DNA of 64,000 bases from an uncultured Sutterella sp. (GTDB taxonomy: Bacteria; Pseudomonadota; Gammaproteobacteria; Burkholderiales; Burkholderiaceae_F), in assembly GCA_900544255.1 (NCBI GenBank), contig UQUM01000005.1, positions 24,892 to 88,891 on the forward strand. The letters run 5' to 3'. Position 1 is the stretch's first letter. Each line of letters begins with the position of its first letter. A program made the translations under genes and the position numbers. The notes beneath the pieces were generated by a model. The model was not told the origin of the DNA. It ran no database searches and saw nothing but the letters and a program-made list of their open reading frames with translations. Of the stretch, positions 27,002 to 35,946 are shown in pieces.

Positions 27002-29026
27002 TTAACCGGCCGCCTTCTCCGTCTGTACGCGGCGTGCCAATTTCTTCGCAATAAGTTCCGCGTCGCACTTGGGGCAGAAATCATGTCGCCCGGAGAGGTA
27101 ACCGTGTTTCGGGCAGATGGAGAACGTGGGCGTCACCGTGATATAGGGCAGACGGAACCGCGTCAGCGTCCGGCGTACCAAATCGCGGCAGGCCTCTGCA
27201 GAACTCACGGCCTCATTCATATAAAGATGCAGCACCGTACCGCCCGTATATTTCCGCTGCAGGTCTTCCTGCATTTCCAAGGCTTCAAACGGATCGTCCG
27301 TGTACCCCACGGGAAGTTGCGACGAATTCGTGTAGTAGGGGTGCGACGGGGTGCCTGCCTGCAGAATGTCCGGGAATCGCTTCTTGTCTTCCTTCGCAAA
27401 GCGATACGTCGTCCCTTCGGCGGGCGTCGCTTCCAGGTTGTACATATGGTCAGTTTCCGCCTGGAAAGCTACGAGCTTCTCCCGAACATGATCGAGAAGC
27501 CGCACGGCCATCGCGTGGCCCGTCTCCGTCGTAATGTCGTCGGTGTCCCCGGTGAAGTTTCTCACCATCTCATTAATGCCGTTCACACCGATTGTCGAGA
27601 AGTGATTGCGCAGCGTTCCGAGATAGCGCTTCGTGTACGGGAAAAGCCCTTCGTCAATATGGCGCTGAATGACCTTGCGCTTAATTTCCAGCGACTTCTT
27701 GGCGAGATCCAGCAAATAATCCAACCGCTCAAAAAGCGCCTTCTCGTTTCCCTTGAATAGGTACCCCAACCGCGCACAGTTGATCGTCACCACCCCCAGG
27801 GAGCCCGTCTGCTCGGCGGAACCGAAAAGGCCGTTTCCGCGCTTTAAGAGTTCACGCAAATCGAGCTGCAGCCGGCAGCACATCGAGCGGATCATGTTGG
27901 GCTTTAATTCCGAATTGATGAAATTTTGGAAATACGGCAACCCGTAGCGCGCCGTCATTTCAAAAAGCGGCAGGCAGTTGGGGCTGTCCCAATCAAAGTC
28001 CGGCGTGATGTTGTAGGTCGGAATCGGGAACGTGAAGACGCGCCCCTTGGCGTCCCCCTTCATCATGACTTCAATGTACGCCCGATTGATCATGTCCATT
28101 TCGGGCTGCAGTTCCCCGTAGGTAAAGGGCATTTCTTCACCGCCGATCAGCGGATGCTGCGACTTCAAATCTTCAGGACACGTCCAGTCGAACGTGAGGT
28201 TCGTAAAGGGAGTCTGAGTCCCCCAGCGGCTCGGCACGTTGAGGTTGTAGATGAGTTCCTGAATACTCTGCTTGACTTCCTCGTAGGGCAGGCGGTCCTT
28301 ACGAATAAAGGGCGCGAGATACGTATCGAAGGACGAAAAGGCCTGTGCCCCCGCCCACTCGTTCTGCATCGTACCCAAGAAATTGACGATCTGCCCCGTC
28401 GCGGACGTCAGATGCTTCGGAGGCGACGATTCCACCTTCCCCGGCACGCCGTTGAAGCCTTCGTTGATGAGGGTACGCAGACTCCATCCTGCGCAATAGC
28501 CCGAAAGCATATCGAGGTCATGGATATGGAAATCCGCATTGCGGTGCGCCGCCCCGATTTCCGGCGTGTAAATGTAGTTGAGCCAATAATTGGCGATCAC
28601 TTTGCCGGAAACGTTGAGAATGAGTCCTCCCAGGCTGTAACCCTGATTGGCATTGGCATTCACGCGCCAGTCACTCTGGTCAAGGTACTCATTGATGGAA
28701 CTTTCCACGTTGACCCAACTCTTTTTGACGTCCCGCGTCGTCGCCCGCTGCTCACGATAGACGATGTAGCTTCGCAGCGTCACAAAGTGCCCGGCCTCAA
28801 AAAGGGCGTGCTCAACGGCATCCTGCACCCTCTCAATGTTGGGCGTGGCGCAGTTTAAAGCCTCAAGTTTGGGCATCACCCGTTCCCGAGTGAGTTTTTC
28901 TGCCTCTTTTTCATCGAATTCCCCCGTAGCACGTCCGGCCTTTACCAGAGCCGCCGTAATCTTCGAAGCATCAAAGGACTTGACGCTGCCGTCGCGCTTC
29001 ACGAGATGCTGAGGGATGATGGTCAT
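27002..29026 (-). CDS. nrdD: Anaerobic ribonucleoside-triphosphate reductase NrdD catalytic polypeptide (ATP-cone + class III core + Zn ribbon), lacking the glycyl-radical loop
   Basis: N-terminal ATP-cone (VKRDGSVKSFDASKI). NrdD core motifs. C-terminal CPKH...CPKCD zinc ribbon, then a stop 19 aa later. No RVxGY motif downstream of the ribbon. Confidence 0.85.
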   Translation of the reverse strand: MTIIPQHLVKRDGSVKSFDASKITAALVKAGRATGEFDEKEAEKLTRERVMPKLEALNCATPNIERVQDAVEHALFEAGHFVTLRSYIVYREQRATTRDVKKSWVNVESSINEYLDQSDWRVNANANQGYSLGGLILNVSGKVIANYWLNYIYTPEIGAAHRNADFHIHDLDMLSGYCAGWSLRTLINEGFNGVPGKVESSPPKHLTSATGQIVNFLGTMQNEWAGAQAFSSFDTYLAPFIRKDRLPYEEVKQSIQELIYNLNVPSRWGTQTPFTNLTFDWTCPEDLKSQHPLIGGEEMPFTYGELQPEMDMINRAYIEVMMKGDAKGRVFTFPIPTYNITPDFDWDSPNCLPLFEMTARYGLPYFQNFINSELKPNMIRSMCCRLQLDLRELLKRGNGLFGSAEQTGSLGVVTINCARLGYLFKGNEKALFERLDYLLDLAKKSLEIKRKVIQRHIDEGLFPYTKRYLGTLRNHFSTIGVNGINEMVRNFTGDTDDITTETGHAMAVRLLDHVREKLVAFQAETDHMYNLEATPAEGTTYRFAKEDKKRFPDILQAGTPSHPYYTNSSQLPVGYTDDPFEALEMQEDLQRKYTGGTVLHLYMNEAVSSAEACRDLVRRTLTRFRLPYITVTPTFSICPKHGYLSGRHDFCPKCDAELIAKKLARRVQTEKAAG

Positions 29027-29375
29027 AAATTCAACTCACTCAAATTAATTTCTCTGCGTAATGTACCCCGCCGGTGGCCGCTCATTTTTGAAAAACGGCA
29101 CCGGACACGCAGAAAGCCAACCACCGGGGAAATGGAGAAAATCGATTCATCCGACCGGACAATGCTTTGGACGATAAAGCCCGAAGCCGGGGGTGTCAAG
29201 CGGAGGCAATCACGCTGCCGCCGTTTTCCACCGAAATTTTTCAGCGTTAAATCAATTCTCCCTCAACCTAATTCAAGTCTTACCGCGACATCACGGTTTC
29301 CTGTCACCCTAAGGGTAAATCCCGTGACGAGAAAACGCTTTCCTCGGGATTTTCCCGACACTCCCGACACTCTTA

Positions 29376-29430
29376 AAACAAAACGGCCGGCCGCAGAACC
29401 CAAGTTTCCGCCGACCGGCCGCATGAACGA
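29376..29430 (-). terminator. Putative guaA terminator
   Basis: Minus-sense CGGCCGG...CCGGCCG stem followed by TTTTGTTTT. Confidence 0.35.
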
Positions 29431-29443
29431 CTTCACGCCGTCC

Positions 29444-31009
29444 TTATTCCCATTCGATCGTGGCAGGGGGTTTGCCGGACACGTCGTAGACCACGCGGTT
29501 GATCCCCTTCACTTCATTGATGATGCGGTTGGAAACGCGCCCCAAGAGGTCGTACGGGAGTTCGGACCACTTGGCGGTCATGAAGTCGCTCGTCTGCACG
29601 GAGCGCAGGCTCACCACCCATTCATAGGTACGGCCGTCGCCCATCACGCCAACGCTCTTTACGGGGAGGAACACGACGAAGGCCTGACTCACCTTGTCGT
29701 ACCAGCCGGCCGCACGGAGTTCTTCGATGAAGATCGCATCGGCCTCGCGAAGGATGTCCGCGTATTCGCGCTTTACTTCACCCAAGATACGTACGCCGAG
29801 ACCAGGGCCGGGGAAAGGATGACGGTACACCATTTCCGCGGGGAGTCCCAACTTCACGCCGAGTTCACGCACTTCGTCCTTAAAGAGCGAACGCAGCGGT
29901 TCGAGAAGCTTCAGTTTCAGCGTATCAGGCAGCCCGCCTACGTTATGGTGGCTCTTGATGGTCTTCGCCTTCTTCGTCTTCGCGGCCGCACTTTCGATGA
30001 CGTCCGGATAGATCGTACCCTGAGCGAGCCACTTCGCATCCGTCATCTTTTCAGCTTCGGCCTGGAAGCAGTTCACAAACTCGCGGCCGATGATCTTGCG
30101 CTTTTTTTCCGGATCCGTTTCGCCGGCCAAAGCGTCCATAAAGCGATCGACGGCGTCAACCACCACGAGCTTCATGCCCATGTTCTTCTGGAAGGTGTCG
30201 CGCACTTGTTCGCGTTCGTTCTTGCGCAACAGGCCGTTGTCCACGAAGACGCAGGTGAGCTGATCACCGATCGCCCGATGAATGAGCGCCGCCGCAACGG
30301 AACTGTCCACGCCGCCCGACAAGCCCAGAATCACCTGATCCTTACCCACCTGGTTGCGGATCATTTCTACGGCTTCGGTGATGTAGTCTTCCATCACCCA
30401 ATCCGGACGGCAGCCGCAGATATCGAGCACAAAGCGCTGCAGAATTTCACGGCCCTTCACGGTGTGCGTCACTTCCGGATGGAACTGCACGGCATAAAAA
30501 CGCCGCTTTTCGTCGGCCATACCGGCAATCGGGCACGAGGGGGTCGACGCCATCACCACAAACCCCGGCGGGAGTTCGGAAACCTTGTCACCGTGGCTCA
30601 TCCACACCTTCAGCATGCCTTCGCCGTCTTCGCCCTTGAAGTCTTCAATGCCTTCCAAGAGCTTCGTGTGGTTGTGCGCACGGACTTCCGCGTAACCGAA
30701 TTCGCGTTTCGTGCCGCTTTCCACCTTACCGCCCAACTGTTGCGCCATCGTCTGCATGCCGTAGCAGATGCCCAGCACCGGCACGCCGGCTTCGAACACC
30801 GCCTGAGACGCCTGATCATTGCTTTCTTCATAGGCACTCATGTGAGACCCCGAAAGAATGATGCCGGCCGGATTGAATTCCTTAATGAATTCAGCGGAAA
30901 CATCGTTGGCGTGAACTTCGCAGTACACATGCGCTTCGCGCACGCGGCGCGCGATAAGCTGCGTTACCTGACTGCCGAAGTCCAGAATAAGAATGCGATC
31001 GTGCTGCAT
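29444..31009 (-). CDS. guaA: GMP synthase (glutamine-hydrolysing) GuaA
   Basis: GATase-1 (GICYGMQ) plus ATP-PPase (SGGVDSSV). 521 aa. Confidence 0.92.
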   Translation of the reverse strand: MQHDRILILDFGSQVTQLIARRVREAHVYCEVHANDVSAEFIKEFNPAGIILSGSHMSAYEESNDQASQAVFEAGVPVLGICYGMQTMAQQLGGKVESGTKREFGYAEVRAHNHTKLLEGIEDFKGEDGEGMLKVWMSHGDKVSELPPGFVVMASTPSCPIAGMADEKRRFYAVQFHPEVTHTVKGREILQRFVLDICGCRPDWVMEDYITEAVEMIRNQVGKDQVILGLSGGVDSSVAAALIHRAIGDQLTCVFVDNGLLRKNEREQVRDTFQKNMGMKLVVVDAVDRFMDALAGETDPEKKRKIIGREFVNCFQAEAEKMTDAKWLAQGTIYPDVIESAAAKTKKAKTIKSHHNVGGLPDTLKLKLLEPLRSLFKDEVRELGVKLGLPAEMVYRHPFPGPGLGVRILGEVKREYADILREADAIFIEELRAAGWYDKVSQAFVVFLPVKSVGVMGDGRTYEWVVSLRSVQTSDFMTAKWSELPYDLLGRVSNRIINEVKGINRVVYDVSGKPPATIEWE

Positions 31010-31106
31010 AGAGGCAATAGGGAAAAGTTAAAAATTAAGAAAACGAAACGGCGCAGGAGGTTCAATGCGACCTGCGCCGTCAGTTTAGCGTGAATCCGCC
31101 GAAAGG

Positions 31107-32573
31107 TTAGTGTTCCTGACGGTAGTTCGGAGCTTCCTTCGTGATCTTCACGTCATGAACATGGCTTTCGCGCCAACCCGCCGCCGTAATTTCGACGAAC
31201 TCGGCACGCGAACGCATTTCGTCGATCGTGCGGCAGCCGCAGTAGCCCATGGAAGAACGGAGACCGCCTGCCATCTGGTAAAGGATGTTGGTGACGGAAC
31301 CCTTGAAGGGCACCATCCCTTCAATGCCTTCCGGCACGAGCTTATCGAGATTGCCGGCGTTGTTGTCCTGGAAGTAGCGATCGGCCGACCCCTTGAACAT
31401 GGCCCCCAAGGAACCCATGCCGCGGTAAGACTTGTAGGAACGGCCCTGGTAAAGAATCACCTCGCCCGGCGCTTCTTCAGTACCGGCGAGCATACCGCCC
31501 ATCATGACGCAGTTCGCCCCCGCAGCGATAGCCTTGGCAATATCACCCGAGAAACGGATGCCGCCGTCGGCGATCAGGGGAACGCCCGTGCCTTCGAGGG
31601 CTTCAGCCACGTTGCTGATCGCGGTGATCTGGGGAACGCCCACGCCAGCCACGATACGCGTCGTACAGATGGAGCCCGGCCCGATACCGACCTTGACGGC
31701 GTCCGCACCGTGATCCGCCAGAGCACGGGCCGCAGCGCCGGTGGCGATGTTGCCGCCGATCACCTGCAGGTTGGGATAATTCTTCTTCACCCAAGTCACG
31801 CGATCCAAAACGCCCTTGGAGTGACCGTGAGCGGTATCCACCACCACGACGTCCACGCCGGCTTCGACGAGGAGTTCCAGACGTTCTTCCGTGCCGGCAC
31901 CGACACCGATCGAAGCCCCCGCGAGCAACTTGCCGTCCTTGTCCTTAGCGGCATTGGGATGCTCGGTCGCCTTCACGATGTCCTTCACCGTAATGAGTCC
32001 GCTGAGATTGAAATCCTTGTCAACGACGAGCACGCGTTCCAGACGATTTTCGTGCATGAGACGCTTGGCTTCTTCAAGGGAGGCCCCTTCGCGAACCGTG
32101 ACGAGCTTTTCACGCGGCGTCATGATTTCACGCACCGGCGCCTGCATACGGGTTTCAAAACGAAGGTCGCGGTTGGTGACCATACCGAGAACCCGGCGGC
32201 CTTCGACGACGGGCACACCGCTGATCTTGTGCTCAAGGCACATGCGGATCACGTCGCCCACGAGCATGTCGGGGCCCACCGTGATGGGATCGCTCACCAC
32301 GCCGGACTCATGACGCTTCACCTTCGCCACTTCCGCGGCCTGCTGCTGAGCCGTGAGGTTCTTGTGGATAATGCCGACACCGCCTTCCTGCGCGAGCGCG
32401 ATCGCGAGATTGGCTTCGGTCACCGTATCCATGGCGGCCGAGATCATCGGAAGGTTGAGGGTAATTTCGCGCGTGAGCTTCGTCTTCAGAACGACGTCGC
32501 GGGGCAGTACTTCAGAATAAGCCGGGACAAGGAGCACGTCGTCAAACGTGAGCGCTTTCTGCTGGAGTCGCAT
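31107..32573 (-). CDS. guaB: IMP dehydrogenase GuaB
   Basis: IMPDH TIM barrel with CBS pair. Catalytic Cys loop [11 protein letters not shown]. Confidence 0.92.
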   Translation of the reverse strand: MRLQQKALTFDDVLLVPAYSEVLPRDVVLKTKLTREITLNLPMISAAMDTVTEANLAIALAQEGGVGIIHKNLTAQQQAAEVAKVKRHESGVVSDPITVGPDMLVGDVIRMCLEHKISGVPVVEGRRVLGMVTNRDLRFETRMQAPVREIMTPREKLVTVREGASLEEAKRLMHENRLERVLVVDKDFNLSGLITVKDIVKATEHPNAAKDKDGKLLAGASIGVGAGTEERLELLVEAGVDVVVVDTAHGHSKGVLDRVTWVKKNYPNLQVIGGNIATGAAARALADHGADAVKVGIGPGSICTTRIVAGVGVPQITAISNVAEALEGTGVPLIADGGIRFSGDIAKAIAAGANCVMMGGMLAGTEEAPGEVILYQGRSYKSYRGMGSLGAMFKGSADRYFQDNNAGNLDKLVPEGIEGMVPFKGSVTNILYQMAGGLRSSMGYCGCRTIDEMRSRAEFVEITAAGWRESHVHDVKITKEAPNYRQEH

Positions 32574-32693
32574 TATTTTTTACCTCTGGGCAAAAAAAAA
32601 ATGTGTCACGCAGACGGGCGTCTTACCTGCCTTTGGCCAGCTGCGGTTAACCAATAATTATACGGCATTTACAAGGGCTCTTCCAAGAATTTT

Positions 32694-33296
32694 CTACGAC
32701 AAAGCACTTAATTCCAGTGCCTGCGGAAGTTTTCCCGCAAGATAATCCCGCACCCAATAAAGTCCCGCCAACGTTTTGACGTCCGTAATCTCGCCGGTGC
32801 GGCACATCTGCAGCGCTTCTTCAAACGTGGGTTTCACAAGCGTCAGAAATTCATTGTCGTCCAGATGCACCGTTCCCGCCGTGAGTTCGCGCGCAAGATA
32901 AATCTCAATGTGTTCGTCGCTGTAGCCGATCGCATTGTGAATCGTGCCGAGGAACGTCCAACGCTTCGCGGTGAGCCCCGCTTCTTCTTCCAATTCGCGG
33001 CGTGCCGTCGCAAAAGCCTCTTCCCCCGGATCAATTTTTCCGGCAGGAATTTCCCAGAAGGCACCGCCCGCCGGTGCGCGCCACTGCCGCTCCAACACGA
33101 CGCGTTGATGTTCGTCAAGCGTTACTATCGCAGCCGCCCCGCAGTGCCGGGTCATTTCCCTCGTCGAGAGCTTGCCGTTGGGAAGCCTTACTTCCAGGCG
33201 ACGCACGTGCATCAGCCGTCCGTCAAAGACCGCCGTTTCCGCGACAACTTCTTCTTTTAACGCCGCGTCGAGTTTTTTCGTGTCTGCCTTAAACAT
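32694..33296 (-). CDS. nudF: ADP-ribose pyrophosphatase (Nudix, NudF-like)
   Basis: Nudix box GKIDPGEEAFATARRELEEEAG. Confidence 0.75.
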   Translation of the reverse strand: MFKADTKKLDAALKEEVVAETAVFDGRLMHVRRLEVRLPNGKLSTREMTRHCGAAAIVTLDEHQRVVLERQWRAPAGGAFWEIPAGKIDPGEEAFATARRELEEEAGLTAKRWTFLGTIHNAIGYSDEHIEIYLARELTAGTVHLDDNEFLTLVKPTFEEALQMCRTGEITDVKTLAGLYWVRDYLAGKLPQALELSALS

Positions 33297-33298
33297 GA

Positions 33299-33784
33299 CT
33301 ACACATCCTTATAGTTCTGACGCGCCTTGCCTTTGGTCATGTCGTTCTTCATAAGGCGTTCCTGATCGCGCTTCCATTCTTTTTTACTCTCGTCGGCGCG
33401 CTTTTCAAATTCCTTCTTGCCGCGCCCCAACGCCATCGCAAGCTTCACCCGGCCGTTTTTAAAATGCAGATCCAACGGTACCAAGGCGTACCCCGAGCGT
33501 TCCACCTTGCCCACGAGACGCATGATTTCCTTTTTGTGCATCAGGAGCTTGCGCGTGCGGTTGATTTCCGTTTTTTCATGCGTACAGACCTGATCGGCCG
33601 GCGTGAAATGTGCATTACACAAAAAAAGTTCTCCGTCTCTCACGTAGACGTGAGACAGATTGATGGTGGCGCGCCCGGCACGCACACTTTTGACCTCCCA
33701 CCCGCGGAGCACCAACCCCGCTTCAAATCGTTCTTCGATGAAATAGTCAAAGGAAGCCCGTTTGTTTTTAATTTGTCCGGCCAC
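33299..33784 (-). CDS. smpB: SsrA-binding protein SmpB
   Basis: 161 aa. Conserved SmpB sequence with basic C-terminal tail. Confidence 0.9.
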   Translation of the reverse strand: MAGQIKNKRASFDYFIEERFEAGLVLRGWEVKSVRAGRATINLSHVYVRDGELFLCNAHFTPADQVCTHEKTEINRTRKLLMHKKEIMRLVGKVERSGYALVPLDLHFKNGRVKLAMALGRGKKEFEKRADESKKEWKRDQERLMKNDMTKGKARQNYKDV

Positions 33785-33859
33785 TTTCAGCGTTATCCTT
33801 TAAAGTTCTTGTCCGACATCCGAGGCGGATAATGCCGCCCTTTTCAACGTTTACGTAAA

Positions 33860-34180
33860 GTGCGAATGATACAAGTCGATATCGTCGGAATTGATGCCGA
33901 CACGAAAAAAACTTGGTTAAAAACGGTTTCGCTCCCGAAGAACGCCGTCGTCGCGGACGCCCTCGCCGCCGTCGGTCTCAACTCAGACACCGAAGCCGCC
34001 TTATTCAACGATCGGACTCAGTCCGACAGGAAACTCTCCGACGGTGATCGAATCGACGTGCTTTCGCCGCTCACGGTAGATCCGATGACGGCTCGGCGGC
34101 TACGGATCGAAGGGCAGACGCAAGCCAAAAAAATGCAACGCGGCCGTCACGGCGGCAAACACCGACTGGCCGTGATTTAA
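33860..34180 (+). CDS. RnfH/RatB-family ubiquitin-like protein (UPF0125)
   Basis: MIQVDIV...DGDRIDVLSPLTVDP matches the RnfH family. Divergent from smpB, as ratB is in enterics. Confidence 0.55.
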   Translation: MRMIQVDIVGIDADTKKTWLKTVSLPKNAVVADALAAVGLNSDTEAALFNDRTQSDRKLSDGDRIDVLSPLTVDPMTARRLRIEGQTQAKKMQRGRHGGKHRLAVI

Positions 34181-34249
34181 GCGGGGGAAACAGACGCTTC
34201 GCGATTTCAAAAACGGTGCCTTTGCGGCGCCGTGTTAACTTCAACAGAC

Positions 34250-34277
34250 AAAAAAAAGGAGACACCGAAGTATCTCC
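34250..34277 (-). terminator. Rho-independent terminator after tRNA-Pro (hairpin flanked by A8/T8; may act bidirectionally)
   Basis: Minus-sense GGAGATACTTCGGTGTCTCC followed by TTTTTTTT. Confidence 0.6.
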
Positions 34278-34293
34278 TTTCCCTGGAATTTCT

Positions 34294-34371
<78 letters not shown>

Positions 34372-34469
34372 CGAGTTGCGAATATTATAGATGCCGCTTC
34401 CTGAAATCAAGTCCTCAGCGATTTTTTTTACGACTTACCGGACTTGTCACTGATATACAAAGAATCTTT

Positions 34470-35378
34470 TTAGACCTTCGGCATCGTCAAAGCCTGCAGC
34501 GCGTCATACGCCTGACGACAGACCGCCTGCAGATGCTCGATCTCCGCCTTTTTCTGCGCCAAAATTTCGTCGGTATGCCGTTTTGACGATTCCGCCGCCT
34601 CGGAAACTCGGGCTTCCGCTTCTGCCAGCACTGCCTTCACGCGCTCCTCTGCCGCGGCTTCGGCCTCGGCCGCACGCTGCTGTGCTTCCTGAATAATCTT
34701 TTCGGCGCGTTCCTGCGCCTCACGCATCGCCGCCTGAGCCCGACGTACTTCTTCTTCTGCCGCCGCCACCTTCCCGTCGGCCACAGTCTGCGCGGCCTGT
34801 GCCCGTTCCTTAGCGCCGTTGAGCAGACTTTCGTAGCGGGTCTTTTGATCCGCCAACATCTGTTGGCAACGCTGATTGGCCTGCGTCAGGGCTTCGGCCA
34901 CCGCGCGGCGCGAGGCATCCTGCATGAGATTGCGCAGATCCGACGGAATAACGGGCGAAGCTTCTGCCGGGCGCGGTGCCGGCGCGGTCTGCGCGGGAGC
35001 AACAGTCTGAGCCGGTGCCCCTACGGGCTGAACGGACGCCGCGGGGGTCGGTTGCCCCGGGTGAGCCGCCTGTTGCGGTGTCGGTGTTTCCGTCCGCGTG
35101 GGTTGAGAATTCAGTACCCCCGTCGGACGCAGCGACGTAACGGGAAACGCCCGTTCTTCAAGAAGCCGCTCGCGAGCATCTTCAATCGTGAGATGATCCA
35201 CGTAGAGAAGCTTTTTAATGCGCATCACCAACGCTTCATCGTTGATGGTAAAGGCCGACTTAAGGCTGCCATCCGCATTTCTCAGCTGCGGAAACTGCAT
35301 CTGCCAATAGCTCAGGATATAAGACGCCAAATCGCAGCGGCGTGACAGCTCATCAAGCGAAAAAGTCTGGGAATACAT
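34470..35378 (-). CDS. MerR-like HTH protein with Pro-rich linker and long Ala/Glu/Gln-rich coiled-coil tail (ihfA-linked regulator)
   Basis: The N-terminus resembles a MerR-type HTH. Conserved position downstream of pheST-ihfA in proteobacteria. The C-terminal ~130 aa is low-complexity coiled coil. Confidence 0.5.
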   Translation of the reverse strand: MYSQTFSLDELSRRCDLASYILSYWQMQFPQLRNADGSLKSAFTINDEALVMRIKKLLYVDHLTIEDARERLLEERAFPVTSLRPTGVLNSQPTRTETPTPQQAAHPGQPTPAASVQPVGAPAQTVAPAQTAPAPRPAEASPVIPSDLRNLMQDASRRAVAEALTQANQRCQQMLADQKTRYESLLNGAKERAQAAQTVADGKVAAAEEEVRRAQAAMREAQERAEKIIQEAQQRAAEAEAAAEERVKAVLAEAEARVSEAAESSKRHTDEILAQKKAEIEHLQAVCRQAYDALQALTMPKV

Positions 35379-35416
35379 AGCTCAACAATATAAAAAGCGG
35401 TCGATGTGCGGTGTGT

Positions 35417-35460
35417 AAAACAAAAAGCCGAAACCACTCTGCAGCAGGTGATTTCGGCTT
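35417..35460 (-). terminator. Putative ihfA terminator
   Basis: Minus-sense AAGCCGAAAT...TTTCGGCTT followed by TTTTGTTTT. Confidence 0.45.
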
Positions 35461-35534
35461 TCGGTGTGCACTCCCGCAGAAGGTGCCTTAGTCTAATGCA
35501 GATCGCTCCTTCTGTGGCGGGAAAAACTCACGGC

Positions 35535-35903
35535 TTACGCCTTGGGTTCAAACCCTTCGGGATCCTTGAAGGACGCCACGCTGTCGCGCATATGGGGCGC
35601 CGCAAGGAACGTCACCACACGGCGGGCGGCGATCACGTGGGGCACGCCCGTCTTGGGGTTGCGCCCCGGACGCGCCACCTTGTCACGGGTGGAGAACGTA
35701 CCGAAATTCGCGAGCTTCACGTCACGACGGGCAACGAGCGCCGTGAGGATTTCTTCAAAAACCGTTTCCACAACGGCATTGGCTTCCGAGCGGGAAAGCC
35801 CCATCTTGTCGGAGAGAACTTCCGTGAAGTTCATCTTCGTGAGCGTGGAAGAGTTGGCAGGCCCTGTCGGATAACGACCCTGGGAAGCGTCAATCTGATT
35901 CAT
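35535..35903 (-). CDS. ihfA: Integration host factor alpha subunit
   Basis: FGTFSTRDKVARPGRNPKTG...ARRVVTF is the HU/IHF signature. The N-terminal 22 aa of the ORF may be a start-codon over-extension. Confidence 0.85.
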   Translation of the reverse strand: MNQIDASQGRYPTGPANSSTLTKMNFTEVLSDKMGLSRSEANAVVETVFEEILTALVARRDVKLANFGTFSTRDKVARPGRNPKTGVPHVIAARRVVTFLAAPHMRDSVASFKDPEGFEPKA

Positions 35904-35946
35904 AACAACCTATTCCTAGTTAAAAAGTTGGTTCAAAAATAATCCA

